Origin: Candidatus Latescibacterota bacterium | GTDB taxonomy: Bacteria > Latescibacterota > UBA2968 | Length of the DNA: 64,000 bases | NCBI GenBank assembly: GCA_965208125.1 | Contig: OZ242320.1 | Span: 3,296,001-3,360,000, forward strand | Direction: 5' to 3' | Shown: positions 47,520-57,027 of the stretch, in pieces | Layout of the letters: each line of letters begins with the position of its first letter | Position numbering within the stretch: the first letter of the stretch is position 1 | Notes under the pieces: generated by a model | What the model was told of the DNA's origin: nothing | Seen by the model: only the letters and a program-made list of their open reading frames with translations | Database searches by the model: none | Made by a program: the position numbers and the translations under genes

Positions 47520-49181
47520 TTACGCGCTGGCCCGTGAAGAAGTTCCCGAGCGGTAATTGCTATTGCGCCCGCGCCGGCCGTAGCGTCGGCTTCGACTGCG
47601 CGGGATGCGTTTGCCAGACCGGCCAGCCCAATTTGTGGCAATTATTTGTCTAATTACTGTGATCTGAACCTCGCCCGGATAGGTCATTTCCTCGCGAATG
47701 CGCTCGGCAATTGCAAAGGACAGATCTTTGGCCTGTTCGTCGTTTACGTGCCCGGCATTGACCAGCACGCGCACTTCGCGTCCAGCATTGATGGCATAAG
47801 CATCGCGCACACCATCGAAGGATTGCGCCATTTCCTCTAAATCGCGCACCCGTTTGATATACCCTTCGGCATCGTCGCGCCGAGCACCGGGCCGCGATGA
47901 AGAAATCGCATCGGCTGCTTTGACCAAAAACGAAAGCGGGGTGGAAGCCTCTGCCTCGCCATGGTGATAAAAAATGCCGTTGATAACCTCCGGGCCCTCG
48001 CCGTATTTGCCAGCCAGATGCGCACCAATATCGGTGTGTTTTCCTTCGAGTTCCTGGTCCACGGCTTTGCCGATATCGTGCAATAGTCCACATCGCCGCG
48101 CGAGTTTTTCATCCATGCCTAATTCTGCTGCCATTGCACCGGCTAAAAAAGCCACTTCTTTAGAATGCCCCAAAACGCTTTGCCCATAACTCGTGCGATA
48201 CTTGAGCTTCCCGACCAGTTTGACCAGTTCTGGATGCAATGATTCAATACTCAATTCGCGCACTGCCTGACGGCCTTCTTCGGCAATAAGTGAGTAGATC
48301 TTTTTTTCGCAGTTGGCAACAACCGCTTCAACGCGGCTTGGATTGATGCGGCCGTCGCGCACCAATTGCTCCATAGACAGGCGCGCCACATCGCGCTTGA
48401 CCGGATCAAAGCTGGATAAGACAACCGCCTCGGGCGTATCGTTTACAATGACTTTCACACCCGTGGCGGCTTCAAAAGCAATGATATTGCGCCCCTCTTT
48501 GCCGACAATCCGCCCCTTGATATGATCATCGGGCAATGTGACAACCGATATGGATGACTGAACGGTTTGATCGGTGGAACAGCGTTCTATTACCTGCGCC
48601 AGAATTTTCTTGGCCTCACGGTGGGCTCGTTCCCTGGCGTGATCGATAATTTCTCGGCCGATATTTGCTGCTGTCTGCCGCAGTGAATTTCGGATGTTTT
48701 CGAGCAGCATCTCGCGGGCGCGGTCGGCATTCATGCCCGAAATACGCTCCAATTGCGCCCGTTGCTGATCGAGAATATCGGTCAATTCCAGTTCTCGTTT
48801 CTCCAAACGGACGGCTTTTTGATTCCCTTCTTGTTCCCGTCGTGTTAAGGTCTTTTCGCGCTGGCTTGTAACTTCGGCTTGTTTTGCGAGGCGCGTCTCT
48901 TGTTCGTGCAATTCGTCTTTTCGGCGATCTAAGGTACGCTGTTTTTGATCAAAAGACTTTTCAATTTCGGCCTTCTCTTCATACCAGCTATTTTTAATTT
49001 CTAAAAAAGCAGCCTTGCGATCCCGGTCTTCGTTTTTCGCGAGTTTGATTGCGCGTTTCTCTGCCTGTTGCTCAATATCTCGCATTTTTCGATCTCTAAT
49101 GCGGGTGCCAACAAACCACCCGATTCCAAACGTAATAAGGGCAATGGCAACTGCCAGATAGATGATAATGTTCGTTGCCAT
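47520..49181 (-). CDS. rny: Ribonuclease Y with Arg/Ser-rich C-terminal tail
   Basis: N-terminal TM, coiled coil, KH motif KGRIVGKEGRNI, HD motif LLHDIGK and AINAGREVRV. An alternative start lies at 49208. Confidence 0.95.
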   Translation of the reverse strand: MATNIIIYLAVAIALITFGIGWFVGTRIRDRKMRDIEQQAEKRAIKLAKNEDRDRKAAFLEIKNSWYEEKAEIEKSFDQKQRTLDRRKDELHEQETRLAKQAEVTSQREKTLTRREQEGNQKAVRLEKRELELTDILDQQRAQLERISGMNADRAREMLLENIRNSLRQTAANIGREIIDHARERAHREAKKILAQVIERCSTDQTVQSSISVVTLPDDHIKGRIVGKEGRNIIAFEAATGVKVIVNDTPEAVVLSSFDPVKRDVARLSMEQLVRDGRINPSRVEAVVANCEKKIYSLIAEEGRQAVRELSIESLHPELVKLVGKLKYRTSYGQSVLGHSKEVAFLAGAMAAELGMDEKLARRCGLLHDIGKAVDQELEGKHTDIGAHLAGKYGEGPEVINGIFYHHGEAEASTPLSFLVKAADAISSSRPGARRDDAEGYIKRVRDLEEMAQSFDGVRDAYAINAGREVRVLVNAGHVNDEQAKDLSFAIAERIREEMTYPGEVQITVIRQIIATNWAGRSGKRIPRSRSRRYGRRGRNSNYRSGTSSRASA

Positions 49182-49426
49182 TGAAGCTCCCTGAAATAGC
49201 ATGTCCATTGGAGCCTCCTGTCAAGATTCAAATCCGGTTTTATATCCATAACGCAGGTGCGTTTGAAGATGTTTCCAAAAAGCTTCTGCACAAACTGCGC
49301 CGATGCGTTATACGCATCGCAAATAAGAAAAAGTATGTAAAAAATAGACGTCATGCGTTTTTGTTCCTCAGAAGCTGCTTAAAGCGATAGAGGGGTTATG
49401 TAGTGACCCAAATATTTTAAAGGACC

Positions 49427-49461
49427 CAAAAGGGAGGAATCGCGAGACGACCCCTCCCTTC
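49427..49461 (-). terminator. Intrinsic terminator after sodA-prx-erpA
   Basis: Minus strand aagggagg-gtcgtctcgcgatt-cctccctttt. Confidence 0.7.
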
Positions 49462-49490
49462 TGCACATTGGCATTTCTGCAAAACGATGT

Positions 49491-49817
49491 TCAAACGCTG
49501 AACGATTCCCCACATCCACACTGATTTGTGGCATTGGGATTGTTAAATCGAAATCCCGTTCCCATCAGACCATCGTCGTAATCCAGTTCAGTACCTGTCA
49601 AAAAGAGCGCGCTTTTCATATCGACAAAAACCCGAACGCCATAGGCTTCAATCACGCTGTCATCTGTGCGGGCTGTCTCGTCGAAATCGAGCTGATATTG
49701 AAGGCCGGAACATCCGCCGCCGATTACTTTCAAGCGCAAACCATGATCTTCGGGACGTCCGTCTCGGTCCAGGAGTTCTTTTATTTTGCCCGCTGCTGTT
49801 TCTGTGACGCGAACCAT
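49491..49817 (-). CDS. erpA: A-type Fe-S carrier (IscA/ErpA/HesB)
   Basis: GGGCSGLQY and NPNATNQCGCGESF motifs. Confidence 0.9.
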   Translation of the reverse strand: MVRVTETAAGKIKELLDRDGRPEDHGLRLKVIGGGCSGLQYQLDFDETARTDDSVIEAYGVRVFVDMKSALFLTGTELDYDDGLMGTGFRFNNPNATNQCGCGESFSV

Positions 49818-49827
49818 AATGCCTCCA

Positions 49828-50307
49828 TTAACTCAACGCTTGCAGACACGCTTTGATCGCATCAAAATCGGGCAGTTCGGTTGGATCGTCGGACACAGAA
49901 GCAAAGCGTACCACACCGCTTTTATCTACTACAAAAGCCGAACGTTTTGCCACGCCCTTAAATCCAATCAAATCCTCGAATTGCGATCCATAAGCCGCGC
50001 TGACTTCTTTGTTGAAATCGCTGAGCAAGGGGACGGTAATATCGTTTTCCTTTGCCCATGCTTCCTGAGCAAAGGGACTATCTACACTGATGCCCAAGAC
50101 CTGTGCATCGAGTGCGTCGTAATCGGCCAAACCACCACTGACCGAGCACATTTCGTCGGTACAAACGCCGGTATAAGCCAGTGGGAAAAATAAAATCACG
50201 ACGTTTTTTTCGTCTCTGTAATCGCTCAGAGAAATATCGTTCATATCGTCACCAGCTTTTGATTTCAGCGTAAAATCTGGTGCATGGTCACCTACAGTAA
50301 TACCCAT
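49828..50307 (-). CDS. Peroxiredoxin (AhpC/TSA family)
   Basis: FPLAYTGVCTDEMC, GISVDS and KRSAFVVD motifs. Confidence 0.9.
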   Translation of the reverse strand: MGITVGDHAPDFTLKSKAGDDMNDISLSDYRDEKNVVILFFPLAYTGVCTDEMCSVSGGLADYDALDAQVLGISVDSPFAQEAWAKENDITVPLLSDFNKEVSAAYGSQFEDLIGFKGVAKRSAFVVDKSGVVRFASVSDDPTELPDFDAIKACLQALS

Positions 50308-50329
50308 TTCTCATATCCTTTGGAAAGAC

Positions 50330-50938
50330 TTATAGCGCAGCTTCGTAACGGCGATTGACTTCGTCCCAGTTAATTGTGTTGGTCCAGGCTTCAATATAAT
50401 CGGGACGCAAATTCTGATACTTGAGATAATAAGCGTGCTCCCACACATCGAGGCCGAGAATGGGCGTTCCGTCACCTGTCATGATCGGATTATCTTGATT
50501 GGCAGTGCTCAAAATATCGAGTTTGCCGTCTTTGACCACAAGCCAGGCCCACCCACTTCCAAAGCGCGTTGTTGCAGCGGTGACAAATGCTTCTTTCGCA
50601 GCTCCCATGCTGCCAAAATCGGCGACAATGGCATCGGCAACTGCACCTCCTGGTTCTCCGCCATCGGAGCTCATAATCGTCCAGAACAAACTGTGGTTGG
50701 CATGGCCTCCGCCATTGTTTTGAACAGCCGTGCGGATATCGTCTGGTACGCTGTCCAGATTGGTGATCAAACTTTCGATAGACTGATTTGCCAGGTCATC
50801 ATGCCCCTCAAGTGCGGCATTGAGATTGGTCACATAGGCATTGTGGTGTTTGGAATGATGAATTTCCATCGTCCGCGCGTCAATATGTGGCTCGAGTGCA
50901 TCATAAGCATAGGGCAAGTCGGGCAATTGATATGCCAT
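50330..50938 (-). CDS. sodA: Superoxide dismutase (Mn-type signature)
   Basis: [19 protein letters not shown] and DVWEHAYY motifs. Confidence 0.93.
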   Translation of the reverse strand: MAYQLPDLPYAYDALEPHIDARTMEIHHSKHHNAYVTNLNAALEGHDDLANQSIESLITNLDSVPDDIRTAVQNNGGGHANHSLFWTIMSSDGGEPGGAVADAIVADFGSMGAAKEAFVTAATTRFGSGWAWLVVKDGKLDILSTANQDNPIMTGDGTPILGLDVWEHAYYLKYQNLRPDYIEAWTNTINWDEVNRRYEAAL

Positions 50939-50976
50939 TTTGGAACTCCTTGTTTAGAGATGAGTACTTTAGAAAT

Positions 50977-50995
50977 GAATTGCGATACCATTATC
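50977..50995 (-). promoter_or_regulatory. Weak Fur/PerR-like box downstream of the sodA promoter
   Basis: GATAATGGTATCGCAATTC matches the E. coli 19-bp Fur consensus at 11/19; position is consistent with repression. Confidence 0.25.
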
Positions 50996-51009
50996 GAGTT
51001 TGAAATCAA

Positions 51010-51038
51010 AATATAATGAACTACCATAGAGGCGTCAA
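51010..51038 (-). promoter_or_regulatory. Sigma-70-like promoter of sodA-prx-erpA
   Basis: TTGACG-N17-TATATT. Confidence 0.65.
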
Positions 51039-51107
51039 GTCCTTATACAAGTCGTTTATTTTATATAACATAAATACTTACAACAACTTGATATATATCT
51101 GGAAAAA

Positions 51108-51962
51108 TCATTTGATGTGAACCAGTGCGTTGTCTATCAGACGTGCATTGCCAAACCGCACAGCCACGGCCAGTAAGATGGAGTCTTTTAGCTCGGCAAC
51201 GGGTGTGAGGTTTTTTGCATCGACGACTTCGATATAGTCGATTTCTGCACAGCGCTGAGGTTCAATGACATCGCGCATGGCTTCAATGACCCTTTGGGTA
51301 CGCCTTTCGCCCTGACCGATCATTTTTTGTCCCACCATCAATGCGCGGTAAAGCGCGGGAGCTTCGCGCCGTTCTTCAGCACTTAAATAAGCATTTCTCG
51401 AACTCATCGCCAATCCGTCCGCTTCGCGCACTGTGGGGGCCATCTGTATCTCCACATCCAGGTTGAGATCGCGCACCAGGCGTTGAATGACTATTGTTTG
51501 TTGCGCGTCTTTTTGTCCAAAGACAGCTACATGGGGTTTTACCGCTGCAAATAGTTTGGTGACGATTGTTGTCACACCTTCAAAATGCCCCGGACGACTT
51601 GCGCCACACAGCCTTTCGGTCAGCTTTGCCACGCGCACCGATGTTGCAAAATCTCCGGGATATATTTCTTTTTTATCGGGCAAATACGCGAGATGTACGC
51701 CGTGTTGGTCGAGCAATTTCAGGTCCCGATCGAGATTTCTTGGATAGGCTGCGAGATCTTCGGTGGGACCAAATTGCAGCGGGTTGACAAAAATGCTTAC
51801 CACAATCCGGTCTGCTACTTTTAATGCCTGGCGTACGAGACTGAGATGTCCTTCGTGCAGATATCCCATTGTGGGTACAAGCCCGATGCGCAGGCCTGCC
51901 TGTCGGATACGATCTGCTGCGCAGTGCATCTCGCGGACGGTTTTTATAATTTTTACGGCCAT
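51108..51962 (-). CDS. panC: Pantoate--beta-alanine ligase
   Basis: VPTMGYLHEGH, FVNPLQF, FGQKDAQQ, GLAMSSRN and RLIDN motifs. Confidence 0.96.
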   Translation of the reverse strand: MAVKIIKTVREMHCAADRIRQAGLRIGLVPTMGYLHEGHLSLVRQALKVADRIVVSIFVNPLQFGPTEDLAAYPRNLDRDLKLLDQHGVHLAYLPDKKEIYPGDFATSVRVAKLTERLCGASRPGHFEGVTTIVTKLFAAVKPHVAVFGQKDAQQTIVIQRLVRDLNLDVEIQMAPTVREADGLAMSSRNAYLSAEERREAPALYRALMVGQKMIGQGERRTQRVIEAMRDVIEPQRCAEIDYIEVVDAKNLTPVAELKDSILLAVAVRFGNARLIDNALVHIK

Positions 51963-52795
51963 TATCTGTCTATCCGCGCTCTAAATCGGCGCAGTTCCGC
52001 GCTCGTTATTTTAAAACGGTGTTTGTCTTCTGGAAATCGACGCGACTTGATATCTGCGACATAGTCTGCAAATGCCTGATGCATCTCCCTTTTGAGATCG
52101 GTGTATGTTTTGACAAACCGATAATGGCTTTTGTAAACGCCCAGCATATCGTGTGCAACCAGCACTTGTCCATCGCATACACGCCCGGCACCAATTCCAA
52201 TGGTTGGCATGGACACTCGTTTGGTCACGACTTCGGCGACGCGCTCGGGCACGCATTCTAAAACTACGGCCAGCGCGCCAGCAGACGCCAATGCATCGGC
52301 ATCGTACAGGACATCGAGTGCTTCTTCGGCGCGATCGCCAAACACGGGACGCTTACCCGTGCGCGTTTGGGGCGTATAGCCCACATGCCCGACCACGGGA
52401 ATGCCCTCGGCGACGAGCGCCTCGACCTGGGGCGTTATATTGCGCCCTCCCTCGAGTTTAACCACTTCTGTACCGGCAGAAACCAATTGCCGCGCATTTT
52501 CTATTGCTTGCTCTGGTGTTTCGTAAGATCGATAGGGCAAATCTGCCATCAATAGAGCACTCACTACTCCGCGCCGCACCGCGCGCGTGTGGTGAAGCAT
52601 ATCATCCATTGTCACCTGCTGTGGGTTTTTATACCCCAACACATTGACGCCAACCGAGTCTCCTACGAAGATGACATCGACACCCGCAGCATCCTGAAAA
52701 ACAGCCGTGGGATGATCGTAACAGGTCAACATCGCAATGGTTTCGCCTCGTTGTTTCATCAGCGCGAGGGTTTCTGGTTTTACCCGCGATCCCAT
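51962..52795 (-). CDS. panB: 3-methyl-2-oxobutanoate hydroxymethyltransferase
   Basis: LTCYD, VGDS, VKLEGG, GHVGYTPQ and IGIGAG..CDGQVLV motifs. Confidence 0.95.
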   Translation of the reverse strand: MGSRVKPETLALMKQRGETIAMLTCYDHPTAVFQDAAGVDVIFVGDSVGVNVLGYKNPQQVTMDDMLHHTRAVRRGVVSALLMADLPYRSYETPEQAIENARQLVSAGTEVVKLEGGRNITPQVEALVAEGIPVVGHVGYTPQTRTGKRPVFGDRAEEALDVLYDADALASAGALAVVLECVPERVAEVVTKRVSMPTIGIGAGRVCDGQVLVAHDMLGVYKSHYRFVKTYTDLKREMHQAFADYVADIKSRRFPEDKHRFKITSAELRRFRARIDR

Positions 52796-52798
52796 AAG

Positions 52799-53452
52799 TC
52801 AGGTCCGCCTCGTCTTGCCAGCTTCCAGGTGTGCTGGTCGATAATAACGGGTTCCAGACGGAGGCGATTTAATTTGTGCCAGTAAATCTTCCAGGTGTTC
52901 TGGGCGGTTTTCAAAATCGACCTCCGATACATTGACTGCGAGTAGCGGTGCTATCGAATAATGAAAGAAAAACTGGTTATACGCTTCTAATAACTTGGAG
53001 ACGTAGTCTTTTGTTATCTCTCTTTCATATCCGCGTTCATGGAGTCTTATGCCCCGCATTAGATGATTGACTGTGGTTTGTAAATAAATCACCAGATCTG
53101 GACGGGGAAGTTTTTCGCTCAATGTTTCGGACAGTCGCTCATAGAGGGCAAATTCCGTATCATTGAGTGTCACGTTGGCGTAGATGCGATCTTTTTGAAA
53201 AATAAAATTGCTGATCACAGCTTCTTCAAACAAATCCATCTGGTGTAGTTCTTGTTGCTGTCGATAGCGGCTTAGCATAAAAAAGACCTGAGTTTGAAAG
53301 CCATATTGGTCAGGAGCCTCGTAGAACAAAGGCAAAAAGGGATTTTCTTCGGGTTCTTCAAGCATCAGGCGGGCATTTAGACGACGCCCCAGCAGACGGG
53401 CCAATCGCCTTTTCCCCACACCTGTTACTCCTTCAATAGCTATATATTGCAA
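52799..53452 (-). CDS. Deoxynucleoside kinase family protein (atypical P-loop)
   Basis: IAIEGVTGVGK, NPFLPLFY, QVFFMLSRYRQ and PDLVIYL motifs; located between folK and panB. Confidence 0.85.
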   Translation of the reverse strand: MQYIAIEGVTGVGKRRLARLLGRRLNARLMLEEPEENPFLPLFYEAPDQYGFQTQVFFMLSRYRQQQELHQMDLFEEAVISNFIFQKDRIYANVTLNDTEFALYERLSETLSEKLPRPDLVIYLQTTVNHLMRGIRLHERGYEREITKDYVSKLLEAYNQFFFHYSIAPLLAVNVSEVDFENRPEHLEDLLAQIKSPPSGTRYYRPAHLEAGKTRRT

Positions 53453-53469
53453 TGCTAAATCCCCTGGTC

Positions 53470-53973
53470 TTATTTTTTCATGATCAAATTGAGACCTTCA
53501 ATTTTTCGCACGGGCAAATCCATGCCCAGGGAATCGGTCAAAAATTGAATTGATTGATCTAAAACGGGATGTTTGAGATCGGGTTTGAGATCGCAAAGCG
53601 GTATCAGGACGAATGCGCGCTCGTGCAGGTGTGGGTGTGGCACCTGTAAGCCCGGCTGATTGATGACGGTTTCGCCGTAAAATAAAATATCGAGGTCCAG
53701 GGTGCGCGGTCCCCACCGCGTCTGACGCACGCGACCAAATTCGCGCTCAATTGCCAGTAGGCAATTCAATAAACTTCGCGCAGAGAGACTGGTATGGACT
53801 TGCAGAACTGCGTTGAGAAAATACGGCTGGTCGATCACTCCGATCGGGGCGGTCTCATAGACCGCAGAGGCAGCGACAACGGCGATTTCGGGTTTTGCAT
53901 CCAGAATACCCGTCGCGTCCTGGAGCGTTTTTTCCCGATTTCCCAAATTCGCACCAATGCCAATGTAGGTCAC
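53470..53973 (-). CDS. folK: 2-amino-4-hydroxy-6-hydroxymethyldihydropteridine diphosphokinase
   Basis: YIGIGANLG, WGPRTLDLDIL and PHP..HERAFVL motifs. Confidence 0.95.
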   Translation of the reverse strand: MTYIGIGANLGNREKTLQDATGILDAKPEIAVVAASAVYETAPIGVIDQPYFLNAVLQVHTSLSARSLLNCLLAIEREFGRVRQTRWGPRTLDLDILFYGETVINQPGLQVPHPHLHERAFVLIPLCDLKPDLKHPVLDQSIQFLTDSLGMDLPVRKIEGLNLIMKK

Positions 53974-54329
53974 GTTTCGCGCCTCACTTCAACTTCAACG
54001 CCATCGAAATTGACGGGGACCGGTGGATTGGGTTTTCGCACTCGCACGAGGAGTTTTGTCAATCCCAATTCTGACTGCAAAACATCAGCGATGCGGTCTG
54101 CCAGGGCTTCTACGAGGCCAAATCGCTCGCCTGTCACCACTTGCTCTACTACTTGACAGACGCGCGGATAATCTACGACCTGAGGCGTATTGTTGTGTGC
54201 AACCCCCCTGAAATCGCCATAGATTTCTACGTCAACTTCAAATTTTTGACCGAGTTTGGCCTCTTCTTCAAACAGGCCATGGTAGCCGTAAAAAGCCATA
54301 TTTTTTATTCTCAGTACGTCTTTTGCCAT
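53970..54329 (-). CDS. folB: Dihydroneopterin aldolase
   Basis: FYGYHG..EEEAKLGQKFEVD, VDY, LVEALA and RKP motifs; start at MAKDVL. Confidence 0.92.
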   Translation of the reverse strand: MAKDVLRIKNMAFYGYHGLFEEEAKLGQKFEVDVEIYGDFRGVAHNNTPQVVDYPRVCQVVEQVVTGERFGLVEALADRIADVLQSELGLTKLLVRVRKPNPPVPVNFDGVEVEVRRET

Positions 54330-54355
54330 GGTGCTAATATTTACAATTCCATTTG

Positions 54356-55345
54356 TTAAGTCAAGGAGTTTGCTGTAAATGGTAAGGGGACCACTTCGGC
54401 CTCTGATCCGTCGTCCAGAATTACGCGTTGTCCTGCCTCGTGATAGCCCCGGCGGATGATGGCAAGGGCGATCACGCGATTGAAGTGGAGCGATTTCACG
54501 CATGTGGTTACCCGTCCGACGATTTTATCGTTGACTGTAATATTGCCACAAACAGGCGTATTGCCGCTCAATGATAAGCCCGTTAGATAGCGGCGGGGAC
54601 GTCCTCGAAAGTGCATTTTGGCGATTACTTCTTGCCCAATGTAGCATCCCTTGTCAAAATCGACTGCGCGATTCAATCCAGCTTCGAGGGGGACGACTGA
54701 CTCTTCGATCTCGGCGCCATAACGGGGAATACCGGCTTCAACCCGCAATATTTCTTCCACTTGCGATCCGATTGGCGTTCCTCCCGCTGTAACGAGTGCC
54801 CGCCGCAATGACTCGGCCTGGTCTTGAGCAATGCGGAGATCACAACCCGATTCGCCCGTGTATGACCGCGCCGTGATCCAAATAGGGGTGTCGTCAAATT
54901 CGCGTATAATCGTATGATGCTCGGGGAGGTCAACAGGTACGCGCCCGACAACCCGGCCGATCAACTCATAGGCCGCGGGACCCTGTACCCCAAAAATGGC
55001 CCAGGCGTCGGATTCGTCCGATAGTGCGACATCATCGGCGATCAGATAGCGGTCCAAAGTTTCAATTAACTTTGTCGCAAGTCCCGGTTCTGTTTCCATA
55101 TAGATACAATCTTGTAAGCGGTGGACCCAAATATCTAATAGCGTTTGTCCCCGCGCCGATGTGACTGCGGCATAATTGCCTTCATTTTCGGCGAGGGATT
55201 CAACGGTATTGGTCACCATGCCGTGCAAAAACCTCAGACAATCCGCGCCTTCTGCAAGCACTTTGCCCCGCTTACTGCGGTTGAATATCCCCGCGTTTTC
55301 TCGAACGGCGCAGTACTGTGTTTCCATATCTCGATGTGATGACAT
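54356..55345 (-). CDS. ygfZ: Folate-binding Fe-S repair protein, YgfZ/GcvT family
   Basis: KGCYIGQE motif, FLHGMVTN and LRVEAGIP. Confidence 0.85.
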   Translation of the reverse strand: MSSHRDMETQYCAVRENAGIFNRSKRGKVLAEGADCLRFLHGMVTNTVESLAENEGNYAAVTSARGQTLLDIWVHRLQDCIYMETEPGLATKLIETLDRYLIADDVALSDESDAWAIFGVQGPAAYELIGRVVGRVPVDLPEHHTIIREFDDTPIWITARSYTGESGCDLRIAQDQAESLRRALVTAGGTPIGSQVEEILRVEAGIPRYGAEIEESVVPLEAGLNRAVDFDKGCYIGQEVIAKMHFRGRPRRYLTGLSLSGNTPVCGNITVNDKIVGRVTTCVKSLHFNRVIALAIIRRGYHEAGQRVILDDGSEAEVVPLPFTANSLT

Positions 55346-55445
55346 ATACTCTATCCTCCTATTGCCTAATTGGGGTAATATCTATATACTTTGAAAATGC
55401 CGTTTTTGTCAAAGGGTTCTCATTCTTATCATAAAGGAGATTCAG

Positions 55446-56414
55446 GTGAAGGCCATTCGCATATCGCAATACGGTGGTACAGAAGTTTTGAGTTTTGAGG
55501 ATGTTGACGTAGCAGATCCGGGCGAAGGACAAGTGCGGATTACCATAGATGCCGCGGGTGTGAACTTTATCGATACTTATCATCGCACAGGTCTCTATCC
55601 TCTGGATTTGCCGTTGACGCTGGGTCTGGAAGGCGCTGGCATCGTGAACGCGGTGGGCGCAGGGGTTTCGGATTTGACTGAGGGCGACCGCGTGGCATGG
55701 AAGAGTGTGGAGGGTTCTTATGCCGAGCAAGTTGTCGCAGACGAAGCCGAGGTGGTCAAAATTCCCTCAGATGTCGCCACCAAAACCGCAGCCGCAGTGA
55801 TGTTGCAAGGGCTGACCGCGCATTATCTGGTCAATAGTACCTATCCGGTTCGAGAAGGCGACACCTGCCTCATCCACGCAGCCGCAGGAGGCGTTGGTCT
55901 TTTGCTCGTACAGATGGCAAAAATGCGCGGGGCGCGGGTTATTGGCACGACATCTACCAGAGAAAAAGCGACTCTGGCACGGGGGGCAGGTGCCGATGAT
56001 ATTGTTCTTTATACCGAACGGGATTTTGAGACCGAAGTTTTGAATCTCACAGATGGTCAGGGCGTTGAAGTTGTTTACGATTCCGTTGCCAAAGCCACCT
56101 GGGAGAAGAGCATAAATTGTCTCAAACCGCGCGGTTATATGGTCTTTTTTGGCAATGCCAGCGGACCGGTTCCGCCAATTGATCCTCTGCTTCTGTCGCA
56201 AAGAGGGTCTATTTATCTCACGCGCCCGACTCTCAATAGCTACACGCAGACCCGCGAAGAATATCTCCAGCGCACCCGCGAGGTTATGGGCTGGATTCAA
56301 GACGGCGAACTGGATGTGCGTATTGGCGAAGAGCATTCTCTTGAAAATACGGCTGAAGCACATAACCGCCTCGAAGGTCGGCAGACTACGGGGAAAGTGC
56401 TGTTGATTCCGTAG
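55446..56414 (+). CDS. qor: NADPH:quinone oxidoreductase (zeta-crystallin family)
   Basis: GVNFIDTY.RTGLY, HAAAGGVG, FGNASG and TTGKVLL motifs. Confidence 0.92.
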   Translation: MKAIRISQYGGTEVLSFEDVDVADPGEGQVRITIDAAGVNFIDTYHRTGLYPLDLPLTLGLEGAGIVNAVGAGVSDLTEGDRVAWKSVEGSYAEQVVADEAEVVKIPSDVATKTAAAVMLQGLTAHYLVNSTYPVREGDTCLIHAAAGGVGLLLVQMAKMRGARVIGTTSTREKATLARGAGADDIVLYTERDFETEVLNLTDGQGVEVVYDSVAKATWEKSINCLKPRGYMVFFGNASGPVPPIDPLLLSQRGSIYLTRPTLNSYTQTREEYLQRTREVMGWIQDGELDVRIGEEHSLENTAEAHNRLEGRQTTGKVLLIP

Positions 56415-56418
56415 TCGC

Positions 56419-56901
56419 ATGCGTATCGAGAACCACACCACGTTGATATTGCTCGTGAAGGACGATCCCATAACCCATGTTTTGCTCGGTTATAAAAAAC
56501 GCGGGTTTGGCGCAGGGAAATACACGGGTATTGGCGGAAAAATCGAGCCAGGCGAAACGGTGCGTGCAGCCGCTGTGCGCGAAATGCGTGAAGAAACAGG
56601 CGTTGTGATGTCGCCTCAGGACCTTGTGGATGCCGGGCATTTGACGTTTTATTTTCCCGCCCGTCCCAAATGGAGCCTCACGACCCGCATTTTTATTGGG
56701 CGCAGGTGGAAAGGTGAGCCAACGGAAACAGGGGAAATACGCCCTGTGTGGTTTGAAATTGATCACCTGCCCTTTGATACCATGTGGGATGATGCCACCT
56801 ACTGGTATCCATATGTGTTGGAGAATAAGTGCGTCAGGGCGACATTTACATTTTCCACTGACTGCAAAACCGTAGCGACCAGCCAGATTGAGATATGGTA
56901 G
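56419..56901 (+). CDS. 8-oxo-dGTP diphosphatase (MTH1-like NUDIX)
   Basis: LLGYKKRGFGAG, Nudix box GGKIEPGET...REMREETG, and MWDD. Confidence 0.88.
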   Translation: MRIENHTTLILLVKDDPITHVLLGYKKRGFGAGKYTGIGGKIEPGETVRAAAVREMREETGVVMSPQDLVDAGHLTFYFPARPKWSLTTRIFIGRRWKGEPTETGEIRPVWFEIDHLPFDTMWDDATYWYPYVLENKCVRATFTFSTDCKTVATSQIEIW

Positions 56902-57027
56902 CTGGAATCGTTTTCAGTTGCCAAGACGTGCTGTGTGTTTTTTTCTTGACTCTTGTGGTAAAATCACTATATATCAGAACGTTTAATAAACAAAACTTAA
57001 TAACCCCTTTATTTTTTCTTTAATGAG

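Noticed and set aside
49001-49390. Small ORFs or a 6S RNA upstream of rny
   Set aside because: The ORFs overlap rny and lack family features. There is no long closing stem with a central bubble as expected for 6S; an Rfam scan would settle it.
56940-56975. Promoter for the sigma factor gene
   Set aside because: TTGACT and TGGTAAAAT are both present, but their spacing is incompatible, so no single promoter call is supportable.
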